DNA of 64,000 nucleotides from Eledone cirrhosa (lineage: Eukaryota): positions 28,582,001 through 28,646,000 of the forward strand of contig OZ024751.1 in assembly GCA_964016885.1 (NCBI GenBank), in the 5' to 3' direction. The translations under genes and the position numbers were made by a program. Position 1 is the first letter of the stretch. Each line of letters begins with the position of its first letter. Positions 12,309-24,574 of this stretch are shown piece after piece. The notes beneath the pieces are model-generated. The model ran no database searches and was not told the origin of the DNA. It saw nothing but the letters and a program-made list of their open reading frames with translations.

Positions 12309-12607
12309 CAGACACTCAGACAGAGAGAGTGAGAGACAGACAGACACACATTCAGAGAGAGACAGAGAGAGTGAGAGAGAGAGAGAGAGAGAGAGACACG
12401 AGACACAGACACCCCCCACACAACTCACCACTAGCCAGTCAATAGCAAAGAAGTACTATTTCCATGCTGCTTCAGGTGAGACGACAGCTAATTATCTAAT
12501 GATACTAAAATAGATATATCATTAAATTCTATGTCTAATCACTTTTCAACACGAAGCTTAGTTTTTCTCTTTTATATATATTTTATCATATATGTATGTG
12601 TATATGT

Positions 12608-12649
<42 letters not shown>

Positions 12650-12700
12650 TTATATATATGTGTGTGTGTATGTATATGTATATATATATTATTATGTATG

Positions 12701-12810
12701 ATAGCTGTAAAACTATATCAGTGACTCAAAGGCCATGGGTTTCACGCATAAATGCACTCTTCAGCATGACACTCCTGGCCCTTTAGTTGCAAGTATAGCT
12801 TCACAGCTAT
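12701..12810. repeat. Degenerate inverted repeat enclosing a hammerhead-like core
   Basis: ATAGCTGTAAAACTATA..GGCCA pairs with TGGCC..TATAGCTTCACAGCTAT. The minus-strand centre reads CTGAAGA GTGCAT-tt-ATGCGT GAAAC (12739-12764), but no valid NUH triplet or stem I is seen. Confidence 0.5.
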
Positions 12811-12820
12811 GATAATCTCG

Positions 12821-12874
<54 letters not shown>

Positions 12875-13386
12875 TGTAGTAAAAACTTGGTGCACACAAT
12901 TCAAAGGTTTAGAGCACTCAGTCCATGGGAGGAGTTATATATAACCAGTTCAGAACTGTGGCATTATGTAAATAATGAAATCGTCAGAACATTCATGAAG
13001 ATTTCATACGAATGAAACAGTTCTGGTCCTATAGAAGTCATTTCTAGATATATATAATAAAGATGGCTATGATCTACCAATGTATTGAATACCTTTTTAA
13101 CTGTGGTACCCCTCCCCCAACAAAATTCAGGAATCTACATATTATATATATGGTATGAATCGAAATTGTAGTAGAGCAGATACCAATCGAATATATATAT
13201 CATCATCATCATCATCACCATCATCACCATCATCACCATCATCATATATTGACAAACTTATAGTATCATCTATAATCTTGTTTGCTCACATTATTCACTC
13301 AATGAAGTATGTAATGAACTTTTATCGAACAAAACCAATCTCAGAGTGCTAACCAAGTGAATGTTTGCTATATATATATATATATA

Positions 13387-13563
13387 TCATCATCATCATC
13401 ATTATCTTACATCCATTCTTCCATGCTAGTATGGGTTAGACGAGTTGCTTATACAGAACTGATTTTGGCTTGGTTTCGACAGCTGGATGACCTTCCTAAC
13501 GGCAACCTCATTTACAGTGAGTACTTGGTGCTTTTTGCTGACGCCTACATGACCACTTTACAG
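13387..13563 (-). mobile_element. RTE 3'-end fragment
   Basis: (CAT)n, then CTTCCATGCTAGTATGGGTTAGACG and GGATGACCTTCCTAAC, matching 4728-4910. In (TA)n. Confidence 0.7.
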
Positions 13564-13573
13564 TATATATTTA

Positions 13574-13638
<65 letters not shown>

Positions 13639-13646
13639 CACTCTAC

Positions 13647-14127
13647 CAGTGGCGAAGGGTAACCTGGAAAGCAGGGCATGCAGTCCTATCGCCGTGCCGG
13701 AAAGTGGGGCTGTGCAGCCTTACTCCCCCCCCCCATTCCCTCTAAATGGCCCTCCCGGTCAAAGCCGCATGTAGTGTTATCTAGTGTGTGTGGTGTGTGT
13801 GTGTTATCTTTTTATGTGTCTACAATTTAGCAAGCAGCCAAAATTCTGCTTGCTTCAACCAACGCAATTGATCAACTCAAGATTCTATAACGCATGCAGT
13901 GCATGCATTGCATGCACTGCATGCGTTGCATGCACACACCCTTCACCCCTGCACTCTACCTATGTATTAAGTATTGTTTGGGAAGCATTGTCAATAAATG
14001 GGGTAGAAAGGGTTGTGACACACAAAAGCTAATGATAATGACTTCACACAAAAAAAACAAAAACAGGATTTATGGAGCTGACATCAATGATGTACCAAAT
14101 CCATAAAATAGTAACATTTCACCACTG
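13647..14127. mobile_element. Possible non-autonomous DNA transposon (hAT-like termini)
   Basis: Left CAGTGGCGAAGGGTAAC versus right reverse complement CAGTGGTGAAATGTTAC. No clear 8-bp TSD. Confidence 0.35.
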
Positions 14128-14371
14128 TACTAGGGTGCCCTAAGGTGAACTAGGGTAGATTGGGGGTGAATTCGGGTAGATTGGGGTGGCACCTCAGTAA
14201 TAAACCTAGCAAAGACATGATGAATGTGTTTGGGTGTAGGAGTGATATTTTAAACTAGAATATTTTCTTATTCTTCTTCTTCTTATTGTTGTTGTTGTTG
14301 TTATCTATACTGGCCACACCTTTACTGAGAGGTCATTGACAAACAATGACTAAATCGACTGATAGGTGGTG

Positions 14372-14402
<31 letters not shown>

Positions 14403-14460
14403 ACATGTATGCATACATACACAGGTGTGTATATATATATATACATATATATATATGTAT

Positions 14461-14494
<34 letters not shown>

Positions 14495-14653
14495 GTATAT
14501 GCATGTACATAACGGTAAACAGCTTAGCCTAGAAAAAAGTAGCAATGGCCTAGTGGTTCAGGAGGGGTGGTAACAGAAGAAAGTGATGTAAACAAGAACA
14601 GATGGTGTAAAAATAAAATAACCATATATACACACACATATATATATATATAA

Positions 14654-14718
<65 letters not shown>

Positions 14719-14769
14719 CATATGTGTATATATATATATATATATACACACATATGGGTATATATATAT

Positions 14770-14811
<42 letters not shown>

Positions 14812-14967
14812 GGGTATATATATGTATATACACATATGGGTATATATATATATATATATACACATATGGGTATATATATATACACACACACACAAGGACA
14901 AAAACAATCCAAAACACACAAACATCAAAGAAACGAAAAAAGAAATACATAAAAATAAAATAAATAT

Positions 14968-15000
<33 letters not shown>

Positions 15001-15180
15001 TGTGTGTGTGAGAGTGAGAGAGAGTGTGTGTGTGTGGGGGGGGGGGGCTTTCTGCCAGGGTTTGTATATATGTGTGAGAGATGATGATTGTTGTGATATC
15101 AGAATGTTCTAAGCTACAATTGTACAACTAACAACCACAGCTGGTCAATGATAAAAGGCTTAAAAGTTTAAAAACTGTTC

Positions 15181-15212
<32 letters not shown>

Positions 15213-15406
15213 GCATATGTATGTAGATGTGAATGTGTATTTGTATATATGTGTGTGTGTGCATGTGAGTCTGTGTGTGTGTAGAGTGAAACAGCCTGTT
15301 GCTTGCTGACTCAGAGTAAATTTATATTATATATAGCCTCCTTGCTGAACAATGGAAGGAATAAAAAGAGAGGGAGCCAGCTGGCAGTATATATACATAT
15401 TATGTG

Positions 15407-15437
<31 letters not shown>

Positions 15438-15549
15438 ATATATATACACCTGGCTATGAACAAAACTAAAAACTTACATTAGAAGGATCTGGATCTTAAA
15501 ATAAAATTAGTTGGTGTTCTTTTTACGGTTTCCATATATATATATATAT

Positions 15550-15666
<117 letters not shown>

Positions 15667-15989
15667 TATATACACATACATATATATACACACATACATA
15701 TATACTTATATATATACACACACACACATATATATGTATATATATATATATATTTATTTATTTATTTATTTGTTTATTCAATTTAAACGTTCAAATAGAG
15801 CTAGTAAGCTATAGCAGACTAGGAGCTTGACGAATAGAAAAATATGAGGAGAGATACATAAAATATTAGAGAGAGGGGGAGGAGGGAGAAGAAGAGAGAA
15901 CAGAGAGAGAGAAAGAGAGAGAGTGTGTATGTGTGAGAGAGAAAGAGAGAGAGTGTATGTGTGAGAGAGAATTTGATGAGTTTAATATA

Positions 15990-16232
15990 TGATGTTGGAC
16001 AATGGACAGAACGAGTACTCAATACCATAGCAGAGACTGACAGTTTATTTAGGTAGATCCAGTAACCTGCAACTTTGGAGTTTCCCCAATCATCAACCTG
16101 CCTCTAAATCTGGCCATAGGGTGACCCTACTTCTCTATGCATCCAGTATACAATTATCCAAGGAACCTGAATCACACATGGGATGAAAAAACTCCAGAGT
16201 TAAACAGGCTACAGGATCAACCTAAATAAACT
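15990..16232 (-). mobile_element. Fold-back element (inverted arms 16042-16232) with tail carrying the GAGTACTC hairpin
   Basis: AGTTTATTTAGGTAGATCCAGTAACCTG..GGAGTTT pairs with AAACTCC..CAGGCTACAGGATCAACCTAAATAAACT. Motif at 16013-16035. Confidence 0.55.
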
Positions 16233-16518
16233 ATATTTATACATACATAGAAAGGTTATTAACTTAGGCAAGTTGGTCCTATTTTTTCAGTAAATGCTTA
16301 AAAAATATGGAGAAGAAAGCATAAAGCAACTCCAGCTAGGATTTCAATTTGTTAACAAGCTTACTTGCTAATTGTGTTAGTGTTAAGACGGTTTAAATAT
16401 TATCTCCATCATTGTTATTACCATTAATGTTATTAGTATTATTATTACTATTATTATTATTATTTATGTTATTTTGTGCAGAGAAATAACTAATATATAT
16501 ATATAACATGTGTGTTTC

Positions 16519-16572
<54 letters not shown>

Positions 16573-16690
16573 GATAATAATTAAATTGTTGCATAAAGAA
16601 ATAATAAAACTCTTATATCAATCCATTAGATTATAATACATTTGCAGAACTTACAGATTATACACATGTAGACTCACACACTGATGTGTG

Positions 16691-16732
<42 letters not shown>

Positions 16733-16975
16733 TACTCACATGCGTACAGAAATACATAATTATATGTGCATAATTATATATATACAACCCACCCCCATAT
16801 ATATATATATATAGTAATAAATATAATATATATATATATATATACATCATCAATACACCAATGTCATTATTGCAAATAGATGTAAAACACTGATCATATA
16901 TACCAATATATGTATATATACCAATATATATATATATATACATTTATACATACATATATATACATTTATACATAT

Positions 16976-17425
16976 CATCATCATCATCATCATCATTTTA
17001 CGTCCGCTTTTCCCTGCTTGCAAGGGTGGGGCGGGTCTTATTCAGCACACCATCTCTCCACTCATCACAGTCCTTCGTCATCTCCACCGTGAGCTTCAGC
17101 GATCTGAGGTCTGTTCTCACCACCTCCGCCCATGTTTCTCGTGGACTACCTCTACTACGTCTTCCTTCAACTGGCATTTCCTAGCACTTCTTCACCCATC
17201 GGTCATCCTCCATGCGCATCACATGTCCATACCACCTCAGTCTCCTCTCCCGTACACTACATTCTATCCCTCTCAGACACAGTTTCTCTCTCAACACATC
17301 CATGCTGGGTCGCTCACACGCATTGACATTGCACATCCAACGGAGCATGCTTGCCTCATTTCTCACCAGCTGTCGCATATCTTCTGCAGTTGCTGCCCAA
17401 GTCTCACTACCATGCAACATCGCGC
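16976..17425 (-). mobile_element. RTE-like LINE 3' fragment
   Basis: Peptide AMLHGSETWA..RNEASMLRWMC..RRLRWYGHVMRM, with a (GAT)n tail. Confidence 0.85.
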
Positions 17426-17436
17426 ATATATATATT

Positions 17437-17655
17437 AGGGAACGATCGACTTTCGTCAAATCGGACCGAGGGAACAATGTTTCTGTTGGTCTTTCCAATT
17501 GCTAATACTATCTATCGGTCGCAACTCCAGGTAGAAGGAGCAACGTGAAATAAAGTGTCTTGCTCAAGGACATAACGCATCGCCTGATCCAGGAATCGAA
17601 CTCACAACCTTACGATTGCGAATCCAATTCTCTAACCACTCAGCCACACGCCTTC
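17437..17655 (-). mobile_element. tRNA-derived CORE-like SINE (tail type 3)
   Basis: Minus strand GGCGTGTGGCTGAGTGGTTAG (A box), GAGTTCGATTCC (B box) and GTCCTTGAGCAAGACACTTTATTTCACGTTGCTCC, followed by a different 3' part. Confidence 0.75.
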
Positions 17656-18030
17656 ATATATATATGTATATATATATGTATGTATGAATGTATATAGAAT
17701 TATAATAATGGAGTGGGCAGCAAGTTGTTCAATGTGATAAGAAGATTTACTGAGAAGAATACATGACCATTGTTATATGGTTCTCTTATAATTGTTACAA
17801 TGACACGGAATGAAGGTGTACACACACACCTACACATGTGCCTCTATATATATATGTATATACATTTATGTCTGTATGTGTGTGTATATATGTATATACT
17901 TTTCCTTGTGAGTGTGTGTGTGTGAATGCATATGTATTTACAGGTATATATGTAGATATGTATATACATTTATATTCACATATATACACATACACACACA
18001 TATATAAGCATACATATTCATATATATATC

Positions 18031-18074
<44 letters not shown>

Positions 18075-18679
18075 AGTGTATGTGTGTGTGTGTGTGTGTG
18101 TAGGTGAGTGTATTCCCATGTAGGTTGTGTCAGTGGGATTATTTTGCTTTTATGCCATTAACACGTAAATAAACAAAGATTACAGTTACTATAAAAATAA
18201 GATGACACTGAACTAACTGACTGAGAGAGAGAGGGGGAGGGGGGTGAGGAGATAGAGGGTGTGAACATTTTTTTGTTAATCACTCGACAATATCCCAGAC
18301 CCCATTTGCTTACCAAATGGGGTAGAACATATCAGACCAAGAAAACAATGTTTCCATTGGTTTTTCATTGTTGATATTAGCAACACACTAAATTACTAAA
18401 AATTGCAAGTTCAATTAGAATGATTAGTATTAGTATTATTAATATTATTATTAGTAGAGCTAGACACTAGTAGATTAGAACTAAAGGATAAAGAGGAAAC
18501 AAACAGGTTAAGTATTCTGTATTAATATTAATTAATTATTACAGGCAGGATCATCATAGACAACACCAGCATAAGTATGATTAGTAGTGAGGCTATGATA
18601 GAAAAATAAAGTTACCTTCCTTCCAAAAGGACTGCTTGAAACTTCTAGAGAAAATCAGACAAATGAAATATCATTTTCT

Positions 18680-18713
<34 letters not shown>

Positions 18714-19069
18714 TATAAAACACAAAAAGATATTATTACTACAAAATAGTATTGTTTATATTGTGAAATCAGTATTGTGGTATGTGTGGTTAGGATTGGA
18801 TTGAGAAAGCCAGAATTATGCAAGTAAGAAAGAAGGGAGTGAAACTAGCGTGAAGTAAGATGAACAAAGCAACAGTTTACACTTTTGCCATATACAATTC
18901 ATGATGTTTCGGGGATAAGAGTCCATTTTCAAAAGAAGAAAAATAGAGTGTTGTAGACTGCACACATCTGTGCAGAAATATCATGAAATATAAGATAAAA
19001 GTGTAAATTACTTTGTTTTTCTTTACTCTTATTTTCACTCCTGTATCTCTATCTTGAGCAGCCTTTAGA

Positions 19070-19205
19070 AAGTCAGATAGACTGCTTCATGTTATTTGTT
19101 TTAGTTCTCTACTCTCTGAGTTCAAATCCCGCCAAGGTCAACTTTGCCCTTCGTCCATTCACAGTCGATAGGAAAAAGTACCAGTCAAGTACTGGGGTTG
19201 ATTCT
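19070..19205 (+). mobile_element. Partial copy of the (ATT)n-tailed SINE family
   Basis: CTCTGAGTTCAAATCCCGCCAAGGTCAACTTTGCCCTTCGTCC..GTCGATAGGAAAAAGTACCAG. Confidence 0.65.
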
Positions 19206-20597
19206 TCCTCTATATTTCTTTCTCATTTCATCTGCTGTATTTAGACTTGGAGAAGATATGGGCTCAATCAGGTTTTTTTTAAATGTCCTGGAAATGCTGT
19301 ATATAAATACAATGCCTCTATGACTCCTTCAAGAGTTATAGGACCATGCATTCCTGCATCTCTAACTTGCATTGCACTGGCTTTCCCAATACAATTCTAA
19401 ACATTATTACTATAATAACAAAATAAGAAATAATCTATGAAAATGACCATTCATTAAGTATCCTTGCACTATTAACATGAATTAACAAAAAAAGTAAAGA
19501 AAACTCAACCACCATCTTGTTTTTTAAATCAAAAGAAAGAAACACACTTTTTATAGTTGACAATTTTTTCCGGTCAGGAAATGTCTTCATGACGACAGAA
19601 ACCATCAAAGAGAGAGCAAAATATAACAGACAAGTATTTTAGGGCTATTTTCCCCCTTACTTTAACAGCAAGGGGGGAAATAACCTTGCAGGTCCTTTGA
19701 CAGTCTTCATATTATACATATTATGGAGTCCTTTTTTTAAGGCAATGTTTTCTGATTGAGTGCCCTTCGTAATGCCCCCCCCCCCCCCATCACATGACAA
19801 CATGACACACGGGAATCAATATATTATAAATAGATAAAAAATAAAATAAATAAAATAACATGGAAATAGATTATAAATAAATTAATAACAAGAAAATCAG
19901 TGTAAGACATGATTATTTTTTTATTATTATTTCCTATGAAGTTTTTTTGTTTATTTTTTTTTATCAGGAAAGAAATATTGCAGCAGCAACAATAGTAGTT
20001 ATAGTAGTAGTTATAGTAGTAATAGTAGTAGTTATAGTAGTAGAAGTAAAAGTAGTAGTTATAGTAGTAGTAGTAGAAGTAATAGTAGTAGCAGTAATAG
20101 TAATAGTAGTAGAAGTAATAGTAGTAGTAATAGTAATAGTAGCAGTAATAGTAGTAGTAATAGTAGCAGTAATAGTAGTAGTAAGTTAGATGTTCTTTCT
20201 TTGACTAGGTATAAGTCTTACCCATGTGGGACACATACACACACACACACACATACATGCATACACACATATATACACATTCACACATACATTATACACA
20301 CACAAACAAATATTAAAACAAAAATAACAATAAAATAAATGAAAAAAAAAAATCAAACAAAAGTCTAACATTAATAACTTCTGTCCACGCCCCCCCCCCC
20401 CACACCCTCTCCCCTCACTGACTGATTCTTATTGAAAGAGTTTCTTGTAAACAATAAAGAATACTGATTAAATGGTTGAAATGGAATGGAATAAATAAAT
20501 ATATATATAGAGAGAGAAAGAGAGAGACAGACAGACAGATAGAAAGATAGAAAGATAGATAGACAGAAAGATAGATAGATATATAGATAGATAGATA

Positions 20598-21534
20598 TCT
20601 TTCTTTATTTGCCACAGGGGCGTACAAAAATGGGACATTACAAGATGTGACGGCAGGGTTTTTACATAAAAATAACAATAAACTATATATAATAAAATAA
20701 CAATTGAAATCCCCAATAGGGGGGAACGTTACTGCAGGGTTGTTATACACCCCGTGGATAGAACAACCCTCAACACCAGGAATACGTTTTGTAGGTGTTC
20801 CTGTCTTCCCTCTGTTTATCTTACTCAACCTACAGGTTTATATACAGTGAAGGGCCATTTTTGCCACATTCACCCACCTTTCAGCGAATTTATTGGGGTG
20901 TAGCACCTCTCTCTCCACTCGCACCTTCCTTCTGAAGTGATACTTAAAGAAGGGGATAAGTTGTTGTCTGGAGAGAAAGGTGTTTGTCCTCAGTCCTTTT
21001 AACCTCGTCCACCATATTACCTCTTTCGCCATAGCCACCAGACAGAGGAAAATCTCCTCTCCTTCGTTCTTAAATGAAGGCGGCGGGGTGATCCTCACGA
21101 TGGACTCGGCTGACAACTGGATGCGTCCCACACGTGACAGCAGCTGTTCGACATAATTCCACAGGTCAGTCACTCCTGGGCACTGAACAATTGCGTGCAG
21201 AATGGTTTCAATGTCCTGCTCGCATCTTGGACAGGTCCTTTTGGCAGGATCTCTGCCAGGGCGTCCGTGCCTGTAGATTTTGTCTCGAACTGGTAGAGCT
21301 CCTCAGTAGCACTGCTAGGCCAGAGACCTCTAGAAGTTATCCATAGGCCCTGGACGGAAAGTCCTCCCGAACAGACTGGTCAGTTCGTCCCCCTCGATGC
21401 CTAGAGTTTCCCCGAGAACATCGTCGCACTTATCCTCCACTAATCCCCTATAGAATGTCTAAGTGGAGTCTCCGCTGATTGCCGTTTCCGCTTGGTAGAG
21501 GGCTGTGAGTGCCTGTAGGCACTCGAGGTGCCAG
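20598..21534 (-). mobile_element. 5'-truncated Tx1-like element, (ATCT)n-associated subfamily
   Basis: Peptide DLWNYVEQLLSRVGRIQLSAESIVRI..WWTRLKGL..RWVNVAKMA is homologous to the ORF2 C-terminus at 28772. 3' end CTGTGGCAAATAAAGAAAG. (ATAG)n on both sides. Confidence 0.9.
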
Positions 21535-21595
21535 AGATAGATAGATAGATAGATAGATAGGTAGGTAGATAAAGAGATAGATAGATAGATATATC

Positions 21596-22610
21596 AAATG
21601 GGTTGTTTAATACCTCGTAGATAGAACAACCTTCAACTCCAGGAGCGTGTTGTGCAAGTGCTCCTTTCCTCCTTTTGCTCTCCCCAATCACTCGGGCCAT
21701 TTTTGCTACATTCACCCACCTTTCAGTAAATTTACTGGGGTGCAGTGCCTCTCTCTCCACTCTGATTTTCCTTCTAAAGTGATACCTAAAGAAGGGAATC
21801 AATTGTTGTTCGGAGAGAAAGGCATCTGTCCTCAGTCCTCTCAATCTCGTCCACCATATAATCTCTTTCACCATAGCCACTGTACAGAGGAAAACCGCCT
21901 CTCTTTCATTTTTGAAAGAAGTTGGTGGTTTGATCCTTACTATGGACTCGGCAGTCAACTGGATTTGTCCCATACGTGACAGCAGTTGTTCTGGTTAGCT
22001 CCACAGGTCGGTTACGCCTGGGCAGTGTACAATTGCATGCAAGACGGTTTCAATGTCCTGCTCGCATCTTGGACACGTCCTCTTGGAAGTATCTCTGCCG
22101 GGGTGTCTGTGCCTGTAGATCTTGTCTCGAACTAATAGAGCTCCTCGGTAGCACTGCCAGGCCAGGGACCTCTGGAAGTTGTCCATGGGTCCCGGGCAGA
22201 AAGTCCTACTGAACAGACTGGTGAGCTCATCGTCATCGACGCCCAGAGTCTCTCCGAGCATGTCGTCGCACTTGTAATGTACTAACCCTCTATAGAATGT
22301 CAAAGTGCAGTCTCCACTGATTGTTGTGCCCACTTGAAAGAGGACTGTGAGCGCCTGAGCGCATTCAATGTGCCAGACGCCCAGTTTTTCGGTCTCCGCT
22401 TGACCCAGGACTGCAGCTCAGTCAGCGAGATAAGTTGCGGGAAGGCCCGTCTCACAAACAGGGCCCACACCGGTTGTTTGGTGAGGAATACCTGGAGATG
22501 CCGTAGCCTCAGCGCGTGTTTGCACATCATCAGCCACGCCATTCCCAGCCTTCCGTTGGAAGGGTGCTGACAGCAGACGGATCTCCTCACCAGTGGAGCC
22601 TGCTTCTTCC
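21596..22610 (-). mobile_element. Truncated Tx1-like element, (ATCT)n-associated subfamily
   Basis: Peptides RRSVCCQHP..GRLGMAWLMM, FQRSLAWQCYRGAL and CPRCEQDIETVLHAIVHCP, frameshifted. (ATAG)n on both sides. Confidence 0.9.
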
Positions 22611-22711
22611 AATAGATAGATAGATAAAGAGATAAATAAAACGAAAATGAGTTAATTTCTTAGGTAGGAAGTACCTCGTCCCTCATACACACACACACAC
22701 ATATATACACA

Positions 22712-22902
22712 TATAATTGTTTCTACTTTTGGCACAAGGCCAGCGATTACCCAGTGTATTACTGGTACTTTATTTTATCGACCCCATAAGGATGAAAGGC
22801 AAAGTTAACCTCAGCGGGATTTGAACTCAGAATGGCAAGGGCCGTAACTCTTTGCTGCAAAGCATGGCGTCCGACCCTCTACCGATACTGCCAATCCACC
22901 AC
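22712..22902 (-). mobile_element. (ATT)n-tailed tRNA-like SINE
   Basis: Reverse complement of the family at 2963. Nearly identical to 54137-54295. Confidence 0.8.
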
Positions 22903-22934
22903 ACATACACATATAATGAGGACTGACCAGTAGA

Positions 22935-23300
22935 TTATCATCATCATCGTCATTGTCACTACCTTCATCATCATAATCATGATTATGATCATCGTTGTCA
23001 TCATCATCCCCACCTACGTCATCACCATCATTATCATTGTTACCATCACCCCCACCACCTTTACCATCATCGTCCCCATCATCATCACCACCTTCACCAC
23101 CATTGTCATCGTCACCGTCATCACCACCACCTTCACCATCATCACCACCACCATCACGCCCATCATTCCCACCTTTACCACAGTCATCATCGTCACCATC
23201 ACCGTCACCACCTTCAGTCATCATCACCACCTTCACCATCATCACCGTCACCATCACCGTCACCACCTTCACCATCACCACCTACAACACCACATTCATT
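22935..23300. repeat. Degenerate (CAT/CAC)n low-complexity tract
   Basis: Seen directly. Confidence 0.9.
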
Positions 23301-24574
23301 ATTCATTAAAGAGACAAACAGATAAATCATTTTATTTTACATCCAGTTTACTTACTCACTGACTGACTGACTTGCTCCACTTTTTCCTCTGCCAAAAGAT
23401 GTTTACGTTAATTTCCTCCAAAGAGGAAGACTACAGATCTTTCATTCTTTTATAATATATTAGGTCTTTCAAAAGACATTCCATTAATTAGCAACATATC
23501 AGCACAAAATAACTGGACTGACTCCAAGCGTGGTTTATAAAACTAATAATTTTCAATAGACAAAACCGTGTATCTGAGGCCAAAAAAAATGATGCTGGTA
23601 CAATGTTCTCTAAACCATGATTGAAATCTAAAACATGCCAAAGAGCAATTCATTAAGAACAACAACTAACAAAAAGATATTTAGAAAAACATACAAAAAA
23701 AAAGATCAAAAACAATAGCATATCCTAAGAAATAAACTTCAATTGGCAGAGGAATGTTCCAAAATCTTAGTTGAACAATAATTATTTAACCCTTTAAGCA
23801 ACAACTTATCTTGGACCACCTCTATTAATTCTTAATCTTTTCATTACCATATTTCCAATAAGTGACACTGCCAATAGTGTTCATATTATTTTGAAAATGC
23901 TAACAATTTTGAGGAATTTTTTTTTAACCTAGAATTTTTTCAACTCATTGACGTGTGTATGAGTATATAAATATAAACGCGCAAAAACACACACATTTAC
24001 GAATGAAATTCCAAACACACTCAAATAATGAAATTCCAAACACACATTGGACTGGAATTTTATTATTACCTGCCAGATACTAATTGATTCCAGTTGTTAA
24101 ATATTTGTCTTTTATTGAAAAGTTAAAAGTTAGTTATTTCACTAAATCTCTCATAATTCTTGATTATTTTGAAAATTTAAACAAACAAGCACCATATTCA
24201 TGTTAGAAATATGATCATAAAAGGATTAAATTGACGAACATCTATTTGTTGTGAACAGAAGAGTGTTTTTACTATCTGAACTAAACATCTTGTTTGAGAT
24301 TTAAGGTCTCATAAAACTTTAGTTAGAGGATTTCAATCAGGAGAAAATCTTTTAAAGAACCACACATGCCCACATGTGCAAGTTAGTAAAGATATTAAGT
24401 TTATGAGAGTTTGTAAAGATATTAAGTTTACTAGTTAGATAATATAAGATGGAAAATCTCGACAAAAATAAATTTTAAATAAAAGGAACAGGAAGTGGAT
24501 TGTAATTCAATAAAATGAAGTTTAGATTTCAATCTCTCTCTCTCTCTCTCTATGTATGTATATATGTAGATATA

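Noticed and set aside
12429-12505. Minus-strand segment between AG and GTGAGT as a coding exon
   Set aside because: Stops in all three frames. It could only be non-coding, and there is no other support.
14128-14199. Mini-MITE TACTAGGGTGCC...GGCACCTCAGTA
   Set aside because: Short imperfect inverted repeat with a single copy in the window, which is insufficient support.
17585-17655. tRNA gene
   Set aside because: A and B boxes are present but run directly into a repeated SINE body with no clean acceptor stem. The same applies to 28-100 and 27050-27110.
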